Shown here: positions 12,965-27,037 of the stretch, piece by piece
Layout: each line of letters opens with the position of its first letter
Numbering within the stretch: position 1 is the stretch's first letter
Assembly (NCBI RefSeq): GCF_006345805.1
Contig: NC_043005.1
Location: 81,220,001 to 81,284,000 of the forward strand
From: Octopus sinensis
Taxonomy: Eukaryota
Reading direction: 5' to 3'
Length of the DNA: 64,000 nucleotides
The notes under the pieces: model-generated
Databases searched by the model: none
What the model saw: only the letters and a program-made list of their open reading frames with translations
What the model was told of the DNA's origin: nothing
Made by a program: the position numbers and the translations under genes

Positions 12965-13885
12965 TTAGATGATAGACTTCTAGAAAGTTTTACAGATTTT
13001 TACTGCTCCATTGATGCTTTTTTTCTCCTTTCTAGTTTTGAAATGCTTAATTTCTCAAGATTGGTATTTAGGCAGTGTGTTATATATCTCAGGGCACCAA
13101 TAATTACAAGTATAAACATGAACTTGTGATCTGGATAGAGTAGAGCAGATTTCTCAATAGTCATAAGTGTTCTGTTTTTCACTGATCTTCAGCTTTATGT
13201 TAACATCCGCTGGGCAGCTAATTTCCACAACTATGCACAGTTCCTCTTCTCTATCCCAAATCATTGTATCAGATTGTGCTTATATTTTATTGAGGTTTTC
13301 ACTCGTACATTCTACCAGTATTCCTTTTATTACGAAAAGCTATGGCTTCTACCATATATGAGTTCTATTTTTTGTCCTTGGGATTATCCTTCCGACGGTT
13401 TTCATTATAGAGTGTCCTAGCTACAACGTCATGCCTCACCGGTAGATAATGTCGTGATGACGTTTTTGGACAACTGCTTATGATGTGGGTGATATCTTCA
13501 GTGTAAACTCCACAAATTCTGCATCGGTTGTCACATTTTACAGCTTTCTCTGCATCGATATCCCTTTTGTGCGTCAGGCACTTGATTAATATTTCCTGTT
13601 CCTGGATTGCAAATGCCTACCCTTCAAAGTGAGAGTTAGTAATCCGGCAATTGGTCCATGATAAACTGCTTTGATGATCGATGTTACTTTCATCATGGAA
13701 CTTTCTACTAAGATATCCACGCATAGTCCTCTGTCCATATAGGCTCATCTTTTCATCTGATGGTACGTTGCGGTAGAGTCGTGCGACTTCTTCGGGCATG
13801 TATTGTAGGTTATCAGGCAAAGAGTGTTTCTCAAGGAGCTGCCTTCCAAGACTTATGATGTTATCAGCAAACATGTATGCAAACT
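12965..13885 (-). pseudogene. 3' remnant of a LINE with restriction-like endonuclease (R4/NeSL-type)
   Basis: Minus-strand peptides AFAIQEQEI, CRICGVYTEDITHIISSCP..RHDVVA (CCHC), PDTMIWDREEELCIVVEISCPADVN (PD-D/E-type motif). Confidence 0.85.
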
Positions 13886-14016
13886 TGGTATGTATATATG
13901 TATGTATGTATGTATGTATATATGTATGTATGTATGTATGTATGCATGCATGCATGTATGCATGTATGTATGTATGTATGCATGCATGTATGCATGCATG
14001 CATGTATGTATGTATG

Positions 14017-14052
<36 letters not shown>

Positions 14053-14210
14053 TGTATGTATGTATGTATGCATGCATGCATGCATGTATGTATGCATGTA
14101 TGCATGAATGTATGCATGCATGTATGTATGCATGTATGTATGTATGTATGCATGTATGTATGTATGTATGCATGTATGTATGTATGTATGTATGTATGTA
14201 TGCATGCATG
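13886..14210. repeat. (TATG)n/(CATG)n compound tetranucleotide microsatellite
   Basis: Direct; it explains the spurious MYVC/HTYI ORFs. Confidence 0.97.
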
Positions 14211-15068
14211 CAAGACAGGGTGTTCAAAAGTTCCAGTCATTGGATAAAAGAAAATACAGGAGGATCAGTTATTTATGATTTCATTTGCTCGCTGCTTATT
14301 TACTACTCAGATTCACACACTTATTGCAGCAGTCCCTCACCTTTTCTAAGCTCTGTAAATGACCTGGGAAGGTTGGAACTCCAGCCAGCCCTTTCCTGAT
14401 ATGCTTAAGGCCAAGAACTTCTAAGTTCACCATTGCTTGATTACCAGTTCTGGTTTGTTTAAGCCCTCATAGCTTAGTATTTCAGCAAAAAAGCATACAA
14501 CAAAGTACGTACCAGACATTAAAATAATGAGTACAAGAGACGTTTTAGTCCACTAAACCCGTCTACTATCATAGCCACAGAAGTAAATTACAGAAGAACG
14601 CCGTCCATACTAACAAACATACTTACACACAAACACACATCATCACATTACTTCTTTGTCACTTGCATATTTCCTCAGTTTTTGTTATTTCGATCTCACA
14701 TGCAGTTATTTATTATTCTTTGTCCATGTTGATATATTTTACTTTTTCCTGACAAGTAAGATTTCTTTGCATTCTTTTACAATTGAAACTGTAATTATAA
14801 TTTTCTAAAATTATTTCTGAATTTAGATGTTATAATATAATACTTTCGTAATCATTAACATCGGTTCTTTTTACTTTTTACTTCAGTTCGTTACAATTTT
14901 TCACTTTGATTGTCTGATCTTCTTCATATAATGACGAGCAAATTTGCTTTTTCACCAAATGTTTGACAATACATTTCTATTTTTCTGTCCCACAATATTG
15001 ATAGAAACGGTAAGATAACCAAAGAAAGAAAGAGACCTCAATATTATGTAAATAGAGGAATTTATTTC

Positions 15069-16211
<1,143 letters not shown>

Positions 16212-16212
16212 T

Positions 16213-16245
<33 letters not shown>

Positions 16246-16979
16246 TATGTGTGTGTATGTGTGTACATATAAATACGCATGTACGTATACGGACATATAT
16301 ACATTTCCTTTCGAATATGTGTATACTTCAATAGTGGTTCGTGAACCCAAGCAAATTCATACAATGTAACATGAAGTACAAGTGCAAGATATCGGAATGA
16401 CAATAACCTACACTTATAAAGATTCATTGAAGTAGCAATTTCTAAATTTAACCAGAAAGGTGTTAGTGTAAACGAGAACCGAAGATAGACATCAAGTACT
16501 GTATCAGATAGATGCTTGTTTATTTTTGTTTTCTATTTTAGCGAAGCAGTAGTCTATAAAGTGATGCAATTGTAATAGGTTTATTTAAAAAAGGGGAAAA
16601 AAAGAGTGAATAATGAAAGAAATCAAGAAAAAACATAGAGAAATAAATAGTGAAATGCTGAGTCGTCAGATTTCGATTGGAGCCCAAAATTACACGAAGT
16701 ACTTAGCTAAAAATCGCTTTGATATTTTTTTTTATATGAATAAAAGGATCCTTGGTACACACGTTAATAGCTAAGTTGGTATCGAGGGTTATTTCTCAAC
16801 CAAAGTTTTAGATATAGCTATGTATCGAAACTTCTGTATAGTTTCTCTATATATAAAACTAAATAACGACTCTGCGTCAGTGTATATTCTAACAGTTAAT
16901 GAGAATATAATGATTTTGGATAATCTATGCTATGAAACAATAATAATGATTGTAGTAATACTAACAATGATAATAACAG

Positions 16980-17345
16980 AAATATAATCTTATATGTATA
17001 AATATACATATATAAACATATACATAGATTTAGATGTAAACGTAGAAAGTTATGCATTTGTATATATATATATATACATGCGTGTGAGTTTGTTTGTGTG
17101 TGTATGTATGTGCTGTGTGTGTGTGTCTGTGGATATATCAGTAAGCGTATATGTATATGCATATAGATTTCTCTCTCTCACTCTGTATATAAGCGTACCA
17201 ATATATATATGCACCCGTTTATATTTGTATATGCATATATATATATACACAAACACACAGACACACATATAAACACACACACATACACACACACACACAC
17301 ATATATACACACAGACACACACACACACACACACATATATATATG

Positions 17346-17376
<31 letters not shown>

Positions 17377-17715
17377 TATATATATGGAGACGTATGTACG
17401 AATGTACATACATTTGTTATCGATTATTTCTTGCACAGACGTATGTGACTGCATAGGTGACAGTAACAATACATCAACGTGTCTATTACTGGACTTTTGT
17501 GCGTTGATTCATTAAGATTTCATTCACGCATATTTTGTTTTGGTTTGAAGTTTTTATATTTTTAGTTTCCAGTGACTGACTTCTGACAATTTATTCCCTA
17601 TATTACCAATTCCCAAAATCATTAACTGCCTTTCAAAGTCCATAGCGACACGTTAGAAAGTCATTATAAGTCGTGTGTGTCTGCATGTGTGTGTTTATGT
17701 ATGAGTGTGTGTCTG

Positions 17716-17748
<33 letters not shown>

Positions 17749-17895
17749 TATATATATATAGTATATATACATATATATATATGTGTGTGTGTGTGCATAT
17801 GTATATATATATATGTATATATATATAGTATATATATATTCATATATATATGTGTGTGTATGTATATGCATGTATATATATATGCATATATATTA

Positions 17896-17981
<86 letters not shown>

Positions 17982-18022
17982 GGTATATATATATGTATAT
18001 ATATATATGTATATATATGTAA

Positions 18023-18056
<34 letters not shown>

Positions 18057-18058
18057 CG

Positions 18059-18118
<60 letters not shown>

Positions 18119-18150
18119 ATATATATATGTATATATATATATATGTATGT
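16980..18150. repeat. Long compound (TA)n/(TG)n/(CA)n microsatellite tracts
   Basis: Direct. Confidence 0.95.
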
Positions 18151-18496
18151 ATGTATATGTACTGTCTGAAAGTTTTCGAGATACACACGTACGTTCACAC
18201 ATAGGCAGAGACACGCACAGGGACGCATATGTAACTGTGTAAGTGTTGGTCGGTTCCATACTAGTGCTGTTATTTCGTATATCTCATCAATAGCAATTAA
18301 CTTTACGTTGCCGCTATATTTGCAGACTTTGGAGATTGGCTGTAGATTGAGCTGACTACAAAATACTTTTATATCGTTATAGTGAAAAACAGCTCGAAAG
18401 GAAAAGGGGCTAAGAAAGTATACACACATATATACACACATAGACACACACACATATATGTATATGAGTGTGTGTATGTGTGTGTATGTATATTAT

Positions 18497-19320
18497 AGCT
18501 GACGTATCCGGTAATTCCCGGGAAAGCGAGGCTTGTCACTGGATTCCGTTCTTATAATTGTTTCGCTATTCCAATAGCAGCAATACAAGGTTTGTAGCCC
18601 TTAAAACGGTTTTTGTCAATTTACAGAGAATACCGAACTGTCTTACACAGGATCTTGCTTTTAGAAATCTCCAATAAGTTATGAATACTCAACTCAGTTA
18701 TGTAATAAAATGAAATTAGTTACACAGTAGTAAGATTTCAAATAAAGTAGCTTCGAAAAGGGCTTTAATGCGTTCCCAAAGTATATAGAACTTAGAATAT
18801 GCTAATAAGTTATATATACTAAAATCGTGGAGCATGTTACGTAATAACAGGTTATTCAGGTATAAGATAATAACAATTCAAAGTAAATAACTCTGAAAAA
18901 GGGATTTTGTGCGTTCCCGAAGAATAATACCCTCAACCGCGCTAGTGTTGTATATTCGTGAACCGAAATAAGTGGATTCATTGTTTAGGAAAACATTATT
19001 TACTTGTTTAAGAGTTGTAGTGGATAAATTGCGAAAATAACTCAGTTCAAATACTAAGAGATAAGCAGACTCAATTTGATTTATACCAAATGATTTAGGG
19101 AAATGAATGGGATATTTCCCTTGATTGTTAAAATGAAATATACTAGATATATATAAGCATCCCTTCCTGGGGCCCTATTATCAATTTTTCTTCAACAATC
19201 TGAGTATGCCATGCAGTTTCCAGACATGAGTTCTACTCACGTGCCAAATTTCATCAAAATCGATGAAACTCAAGAAACTAATTTTCCCACATATGTAGTA
19301 GATATAATATTTATATACGT
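18497..19320 (+). mobile_element. Possible non-autonomous Helitron-like element
   Basis: Starts TAGCTGACGTATCCGGTAATTCCCGGG; internal diverged repeat (..AAAAGGG..TGCGTTCCC twice); ends with GTGCCAAATTTCATCAAAATCG..ATAATATT, a pattern typical of invertebrate Helitron-like non-autonomous repeats. Confidence 0.45.
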
Positions 19321-19452
19321 ATACATATACATGTGAGCAGGCAGGTGTGTGTGAACCACCTCTTGATCCCCTCCGTTTTCTTATTGCCATATATATATAT
19401 TTGGGGGGTGAAAGGAATTCTAGATGTAGCTGCAGAGGAGGAGGTGGAGGAG

Positions 19453-19529
19453 GAAGAAGAAGAAGAAGAAGAAGAAGAAGAAGAAGAAGAAGAAGAAGAA
19501 GAGAAGAAGAAGAAGAAGAAGAAGAAGAA
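19453..19529 (+). repeat. (GAA)n trinucleotide run
   Basis: Direct. Confidence 0.97.
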
Positions 19530-20284
19530 TTTCTTATTAAGACCAGGTCAGTCTTGAACACTGAAACAGCTTGTCAGGAAATACAACCAAAATTTCGATT
19601 CATATTCTTTTTGTGCTATCTTTTCGTTTTTTTTTTGTATTCGAAATGGTATGCCTCAAGCCAGCATTACTCAGTCTCCTATAAAAATTATCATAATGAT
19701 GAGAAGGGATTTCATTATGATTTGGTTACTATTTCTACGCCATCTTTAGGCTATATTTTCAACGTTTTCTCAGCAAATCTGAAATATAACTAAAGAATTA
19801 AAAAACAACAAGAGAATTAAACTAGTACGGGGAGTGGCGACAAAGGTGTTTCCATAGTATTTTCAAACATGGAGACAGGAAACCGTTGCAATCCTCCCGG
19901 CTGAAAGTTAGGATTCCCGTCTCTATGAAGACTTACATATTTATTCATAACAAGTTAACAAGGGAGCCTGCAAATTATAACGCGAAATGCTGGATGTTAA
20001 ATCAAATTATTCTCTAATTCTACGTTACAGCTTCGTAATGAATACATTCGATAATACGATCCTATGAATACAGAACAAGTAGATGTTACAGGTTGAATAA
20101 ATCATTGAAATCCCTCCTGAGCCTCGGCTGCTTTGAGACTGAACGTCTATAATTTCAACAGCAAGAATAACAACAAATAGGTTCTTTACTTGATGTGTCT
20201 TGAACCAATAAAATAAGCCTGTATTTGTTTGTATGAAAAGCTGTAACGAAATATCCCTCCAAAACCTTCTTTAATAGGAAACAA

Positions 20285-21440
20285 TTTTAGAATCGAGGCT
20301 AAATGGCGGTTATAAGATTAGAGCAATTAACACGTGAGCTGTTGCTTTGATGAAATATGCCGCAGGATTATTATCTTGGAAGGAACATTCAATTGAATTA
20401 CAAGAGATAGAGCGGAGAACACGGAAATTAATGACAATGAAGGTGGAACTACACGTCAAGTGTGATGTGTCAAGATTGTATGTAAATGGAAAGGAAGGAA
20501 GACCGGGAATGGTGTGCTGTGACGGTTGTGTAAGGGAAGAGGAGAACAGCCTGGGGAAGAATGTCAAGTGGAGTAAAGAAGAAACGACTGAAGCAGTGAA
20601 AATGCAGGGAACCTTAAAAGTTAACGAAGCCATAGATTCAACACGAGGTAAGAAAGACCAGAGAGAGCAGAAGAAGAAAATTTGGCAGGACAAGTAAATG
20701 CACAGTCAGTTTTTGAAGAATTTAAGGTTAGATTGATGGGAATAGAACCTGGCAATGGCTACACAAGGGAAACTTAAAAGGGCTCACTGAGGCATCAATA
20801 CGCAGTGTTCAAGAACAAGCTCTCAGAACAAACTACTTCAAATATCACATTTATAAAAGCACTGACTCACCAGAGTGTAGGATGTGCTCTGAGAAGGGAG
20901 AAAGTATAAGCCATATTGTTATAAACCATATTGTTATTGTATTGTTATAAGATCGCACACTACAAAAGGAGACACGACAATGTGGCCAGATATATCCACT
21001 GGCTATTGTACGGTAAAACAAACCTGAAAGGAGCCGAATATGTGTATGAACACAAGCCATGGGGAACAATACAAAATACTTTGGGATTTTAACATGCAGT
21101 GGGACCAAGTCATAGAGGCGAGACGACCAGATATCTTGCTCATCCATAAAGGTGAAGAAGTAAACTTAATAGATGCCTCAATAACAGGCAATTCTAGGGC
21201 GAATGTAAGGAAGCGGAAAATATTGAGAAATACCAGCCACTGCGTGACGAAACTCGGAACAAGGTAGGAAAGTAATGGTGAAACCAGTGGTAATTGGAGC
21301 ATCAGGAGTAGTTTTCAAGGGCTTTGAAAAATATATTAAGAATAGTGGAGCTGCTGTCAGGCTCGAGGTATTCCAGAAGACAGCATTGTTGGGTAGAGCT
21401 CGCATTCTAAGAAGAGTATTATCTCTTTCAATCACAGAAG
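20285..21440 (+). pseudogene. R4/Dong-clade LINE, 3' fragment (post-RT region, CCHC, restriction-like endonuclease)
   Basis: SRLNGGYKIRAINT, RRTRKLMTM..CDVSRLYV, CRMCSEKGESISHIV, RHDNVARYIHW, KILWDFNMQWDQVIEARRPDIL; stops and frameshifts. Confidence 0.9.
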
Positions 21441-21679
21441 ACACTACTTGAAACCTTTGGTAATTTGTTATTGCCTGCTTTCAAGTAAAGAATAACCGGT
21501 AATAAAGAACTCTCCGGGAGTCTTTCATAATAGACAAAATAATAATAATAGAAAAGAAAGAGTTCAATAATTGAAAAAAAAATGGTTTCAGTAATAGAAA
21601 AGAAAGGGATCAAATTTGAAATCGAAACCCTGAAACAACAACATTTGTGATGTATACATTAAAGGTGCAATGCTATACT

Positions 21680-21890
21680 GATTGCATATCGCAGTTCCAG
21701 CAAAACCAATTATGCTGAAACAACCAGAGGCAGTGCTTTAAGAGCTTAGGAAGACATGCAGAAGATAAGATACTTCCTGAAGCAGAGGAAACCCACCAAT
21801 TTTGGAATAACATTTGGGCGGAAGAAGTTTCCAACAATCACGGTGCTGAATAGATTCATTCCGTGAAAACCGAACACTATTACCCGAAGG
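21680..21890 (+). pseudogene. R4/Dong-like LINE pre-RT fragment
   Basis: FQQNQL..NNQRQCFKSL..PEAEETHQFWNNIWAEEV..NHGAE. Confidence 0.65.
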
Positions 21891-21957
21891 TAATGGTGTT
21901 TGGTTCATTTAATGTGTGTTCATGAAAAAAAAAAAAAATAAAAATAATAATAATATT

Positions 21958-22160
21958 CTTTTCTACTCTAGGCAGAATGCCCGAAGATTTGTGGGAGGGC
22001 GTCAGTCATTAGATCGACCCCAGTACGCAACTTAGTTTATCGACCCCGAAAGGATGAAAGGCAAAGTCGACCTCGGCGGGATTTGAACAAGTAGCAGAAG
22101 ACGAAATACCACTAAGCATTTCACCCAGCATTCTAACGATTCTGCCAGCTCACCGCGTTA
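21958..22160 (-). mobile_element. SINE family A with alternative tail A2 (..GCCTAGAGTAGAAAA)
   Basis: Family A head and central domain on the minus strand; tail differs from A1. Confidence 0.85.
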
Positions 22161-22173
22161 ATAATAATAATAA

Positions 22174-22215
<42 letters not shown>

Positions 22216-22419
22216 TAATAATAATAATTTAATATTGCACATGACATTTTTTGTAAAGTAGACATTAAAAGTTAGAAGCATAAATCCAGTAAGAATCCTA
22301 CTGCACGGTTAATTCTTACTGGATTCATAGAGTAAATTTTAGTAATATATAGTAACAGTTTTATCTTGCTACTTATATTTCTCAACAAACACTGCAACAA
22401 TAACTGCTCAAATACAATC

Positions 22420-22900
22420 GGTATTTAGAAAGCAGTGTACGCAACAGTGAGAGTTGTCAAGATATTGATTTCTGATAGAGAAAACCAGGAAGAGTAGGCC
22501 ATAAACTTCAAGGGAATGACATAACCGATAACCTCTTTTCCCATGAACTGATTATATTATATCTTATGGAATCCTAAAGAGTGTAAGACAACTGATCTCA
22601 GATGATTTTGACATAAAATATGAAACATTGTAACTAAATAAAGATAAGGGATTATATGCAGCAGCATCTTAGAAATACTTCAATCTGTCACTTTGGTATT
22701 CTCAGGATATTAGAAAACAACTTCAAAAGGCTTTCTAGTAATACTGAGAATATTTGGGCCTCGTATACTGCATGTCAGATGAGTGTCTTGAAAGAACTTA
22801 TGTATGGGCAAATTGAATTCGAGAAGCGAATAGAAAATCATCGTCGTGTTTGCTTGAAACATGTGACTCTATTGTCGTTTCAAACAAGAGATTGTATGCA
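22420..22900 (+). pseudogene. Old RTE-clade LINE remnant
   Basis: ILRILENNFKRLSSNTE, WASYTACQM..LKELMYGQIEFEKR resemble RTE LRRILxIxWxDRVSNTE and WAGHVxRM..LPKxLLYGEL..GKR. Confidence 0.55.
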
Positions 22901-23334
22901 CCACTCGACGAATTCTGAGATATATCCTTCTCATATTACTCAGAATATTCTGTAGATTGTATTATGGCTTCAAGTAATGTCATGTTGAAGCCGTATTAAA
23001 TTTTCATATTTATGTACGATTTAAAAAAAAATAACTGGGAAGACACTTGAAATTGATTCACGATACATAGACGGTGAAAATCATAATTTTCTTCAAAACC
23101 AAATTTCAAAAAGATCGTTAACAATGTAGTAATAATTACCTCAACGTTACAGACACGAAGCGACTTTATATACTTTTCTTATATTTTTCATTTATTCTTT
23201 TATTTTAGACATTGGAATGCAGACATCATATACATGCGTTTGTGTGTGTGTGTGGAATGTGTGTAAAGAAGCTCTTCCACGCAGTGTCCTTCTACAAAAT
23301 GCATTCCCAAATCATTGATCAACCTGGTGCTATA

Positions 23335-23693
23335 TAAGGGGCTAAACACAGAGGGGAAAAACAAGGGCAGACAAACGGATTAAGTCGATTACATCGACCC
23401 CAGTGCGTAACTGGTACTTATTTAATCGAACCCGAAAGGATGAAAGACAAAGTCGATCTCGGCGGAATTTGAACTCAGAACGTAGCGGCAGACGAAATAC
23501 CTATTTCTTTGCTGCCCACAAGGGGCTACACACAGAGAGGTCAAACAAGGACAGACAAACGGATTAAGTCGATTACATCGACCCCAGTGCGTAACTGGTA
23601 CTTAATTTACTGACTCCGAAAGGATAAAAGTCAAAGTCGACCCCGGCGGAATTTGAACCTGGCGTGCTAACTTTTCTGCCAGCTCGCCGCCTT
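23335..23693 (-). mobile_element. SINE family A dimer with a 16-bp TSD
   Basis: TSD TCAACCTGGTGCTATA at 23319-23334 and 23694-23709; same dimer junction as the 4795 copy. Confidence 0.92.
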
Positions 23694-24789
23694 TCAACCT
23701 GGTGCTATAGTAGAGGATATTTGTTCTTGCTCTCGTGCTGTTTGAATTGAACCTGAAACCACAAACTTGTAATGCAAATTTCTTAAAGTGCCTACCAAGA
23801 CTTTGCTTATCTAGTCACCTTCAAGTTTAACTGGTGTTATTTTACCAACACCACAAAGAAGAGCGCTCCAAATTGTTAAAAACATAATCAATATCTACGC
23901 AGGCAGATTTGTAAGATGTACGTGTCGACGTCACGAAAAACCAGTTTTGCAATTCTCAAATATTTGTCAAAAAATACAGGAACTTAAGCATAGAACATGA
24001 AGGAGACTATAGCCTATATACACTCTAAAGTATGTAGCAGAAAGATAAACACACTCGCTTTAAATAGATATCGTTTCGTTTCTTCCTTCTTTTATTGTGC
24101 TTCTTACTCTACTTTGCCAAAAAGTTTCACTCAAAATGGTAATATATTTCTTCACCTCCTTTATTCTGGGTATTATCCACTGTGAACAACTTATATTGTT
24201 ATTTTGTGTGTTTACATTTTATACATTAACATTCGAATTTTTGTCTAACTGTTGTAACCACTGAAATTGTCTATCTATCTATCTGTCTCTTATTCACTTC
24301 TTTTCGTTTGTGCTTCTTCTCCTATTACTATTCCACATAAATTGCACAAAATATTCTTCTTAGGGTATTGTATTATTTCTGACAGCTACACGCAGTAACG
24401 TACATATTCGATATTATTCAAAGTGTTATTAACACATTTGTATGTCCCCTTTGCAATGTAAATCCATCAAGAATATAACGTATCAAAACGTGAGCAATGA
24501 TCACAAGTGATGCTGCGTTCTTCTGAAACTAACTCGCGGGATCGTGTCTCACGAGAGTCCGACGAAGTGTTAATAGTTATTGTTGGTTTAGTAAGGTTGT
24601 GATTGATGCATCTAGCACGCCTTCAGATGATGGATGACTTCTCTTAAACCTTCTTATTAAGGATAAAAGTGGGGAAGTTCTCTTTTATTTATAATTTTCA
24701 CCCGAAAGCAGAATATTTAACCAGAAAACTGGTTAAATTATAAATGAAATTACTGAGTACATTTAGAAAAAAATATATTAGAACGATCA

Positions 24790-25085
24790 TTCTCTCTCTC
24801 TCCTTCTCTCTCTCTCTCTCCTTCTCTCTCTCTCTCCTTCTCTCTCTCTCAAATAACACTGGCAAGGTTCAAATTGTTCAAATCAGCATCATATGCATTT
24901 TCTCTTCATCATCGTCACTATCGGCACCACCACCAACAACAACAACAACACCACCAACACCATCGACGCAATGATGATCGTCACTAGCACCACCAGCTCC
25001 ACTGTCATATTGTGGTCGTTTCGTCATCACCATCATCCTGGATGTCCTTAACATAGTTCTCTTCGTCGTCGTCGTCGTCAGCACC
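24790..25085. repeat. Low-complexity (CT)n and mixed trinucleotide (ACC/AAC/TCA/CGT) tract
   Basis: Direct. Confidence 0.9.
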
Positions 25086-25330
25086 CCCTTCGTCATCAAG
25101 TCAGGGAGAAGGCAGAATCGACCGCAGTGTACAAAATTGAATAGCAACATTTCTTCTAGCTTTACATTCCGAGTTCAAATCCCACCGAAGTCGACTCGTG
25201 CCTTTGTCTTTTCGGACGATAAATTAATTACCAGCTAAGCACAAGGGACGATGTAATAGACTTATCCTCTCTCCCTAAAATAGCTGGGTCTGTGACAAAC
25301 TTTCAAACTATTATTAGGGGTACTGTATGT

Positions 25331-25524
25331 AAAAGTTATGATAGCAGTTCGATATGTCTCGAATATGTACGTAATTGATCGTACATCAGTTTCAAAACAC
25401 AGCATTCAGATAGTTGATTGTCAATATACAAGTGGATGAGTATACTCAGCCACTTGTACATTGCAGTCAGTGTATTATCCATACAACCAGTATGACAATA
25501 CACTGACTGAATTATCATAATTTT
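25331..25524. other. Multi-hairpin element bounded by short inverted repeats
   Basis: Outer TTATGATA (25336-43) / TATCATAA (25513-20); inner stems 25348-63, 25365-86, a 42-bp near-palindrome 25422-25463 and an abutting hairpin 25464-25509. Confidence 0.7.
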
Positions 25525-26802
25525 CTAAAAGTATTCTCTGCCATTAAATGCTGTCGAGTCCCCATATGTAGGATTCCTGTTTCTACCAGATTTGTCTTAG
25601 TTTTCGGATGACTACATAGTTTTAACGCTTCGTTATTTAACACTGCTGCATTTCGTGTTGCATTGGTCTTCAGGATATTCTCTGTCTGTAAAGTATTCAT
25701 CTGTACACACAAGCACCACCAGCTAAATTTTGTCTTCTTATTTCGTCTGCTGTTGTGTTTGGTGCTTGTTACTTGTATCTCTAAGCCGCACGTACACATT
25801 AAGACAATCAAACTGTTGAGAGATAACACCTAATTGACTGAGCTTTACCCAGCTTGAGGCGGGCCTTAGCTTTCCTGTAAAACATGATAATATTTCCTGC
25901 TATCACACTCTGCCTCCGGCGCACAGATGCACATCTACACAGTGCAATATTGTAATTATTTAATTAGTATTAAATACTAATTCAAATTATGTTTGGCTAG
26001 ACTTCCATATGAATTATAAATAATGACCGCTAAACGAACATCGGAAGCGTAAATTAATTAAAGATGATTTAAATGTAATTATTGGGAAGATATTAACCAG
26101 CCGTCACATTTAACAGGCACAAAATCGAGAAAATTTCGATCACGTCGTCCCTAATACTTCATTGATGTTTATATTATCCCCAATGGGGAGATGAAGCCCC
26201 ACCAGTCGATTTGAAATCAGAACGTAAAAACCACAAAGTGTTTTTCTTTGTCACGCTACTAATTCAGTGAATTATTTGTGCGTGTGTAAAACAGAATAAG
26301 ATAATCATATTTTACAACTAAATATAAACAATAAATAATTCATATTTACAACCTTTGCAATGTTTCTTTCTAAGATTTCAAATAAACGATGACTTGAATA
26401 GCCAACTGTTTTTTAGTCAAATAATTATGCTCTTTGGGTTTCGTATAATTATTTTCTTGACGCTACAATATTTTTTAATGACATATTTTGCCGGGGTTTA
26501 AAGAAATTCAACTCAATTTAGACAATTGGCATTTTTACTATGAATGTATTATGTTCTGACAGAAAATATTAACAAAATAAAAATAGTTTAAAAACAGACA
26601 GTATATACGGTTAAAGAAATTGCCAGCGGGGAATGTATAACTTTCTACTGCTAGGAAAGTGACATCGCTGAATCTGATAACATTCAAAACTTTGCGTTAT
26701 GAAATTACAAACGATTACTAACTTTTACAGAACTTGGAATACACAGTTTTCGGTAAAGAGTACGTAACAGTATAAGGCCGCACGTTGTATAATTTTATTT
26801 AT

Positions 26803-27037
26803 AAGGGCGGCGAGCTGGCAGAAACGTTTGCACGCCGGGCGAAATGTGTAGTCGTATTTCGTCTGCCGTTATGTTCTGAGTTCAAATTCCGCCGAGATCG
26901 ACTTTGCCTTTCATCCTTTCGGGGTCCATAAATTAAGTACCAGTTACGCACTGGGGTCGATATAATCGTCTTAATCCGTTTGTCTGTCCTTGTTTGTCTC
27001 CTCTGTGTTTAGCGCCTTGGGGGTAGTAAAGAAAAAG
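26803..27037 (+). mobile_element. SINE family A1 with a 16-bp TSD
   Basis: TSD GTATAATTTTATTTAT at 26787-26802 and 27038-27053. Confidence 0.93.

Noticed and set aside
19530-19580. AAGAC/GTCTT hairpin followed by GAAACAGCTTGTC, hammerhead-like
   Set aside because: No CUGANGA core upstream.
19181-19793. Poly-E/K, poly-R and poly-L ORFs
   Set aside because: Products of the (GAA)n run.
20915-20952. Short repeats of CCATATTGTTAT inside the R4-like LINE
   Set aside because: Local slippage in a dead element.
24533-24560. CTCGCGGGA..TCTCACGAG, resembling the TCTCGCGAGA promoter motif
   Set aside because: Imperfect matches and no other promoter evidence.
25849-25874. Possible 26-nt minus-strand micro-exon (RKAKARLKL) with AG/GT borders
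   Set aside because: Too short; such borders arise by chance and no partner exons were found.
26731-26752. Possible 22-nt plus-strand micro-exon after CTAACTTTTACAG
   Set aside because: Branch-like motif too close to the AG; unverifiable without transcripts.
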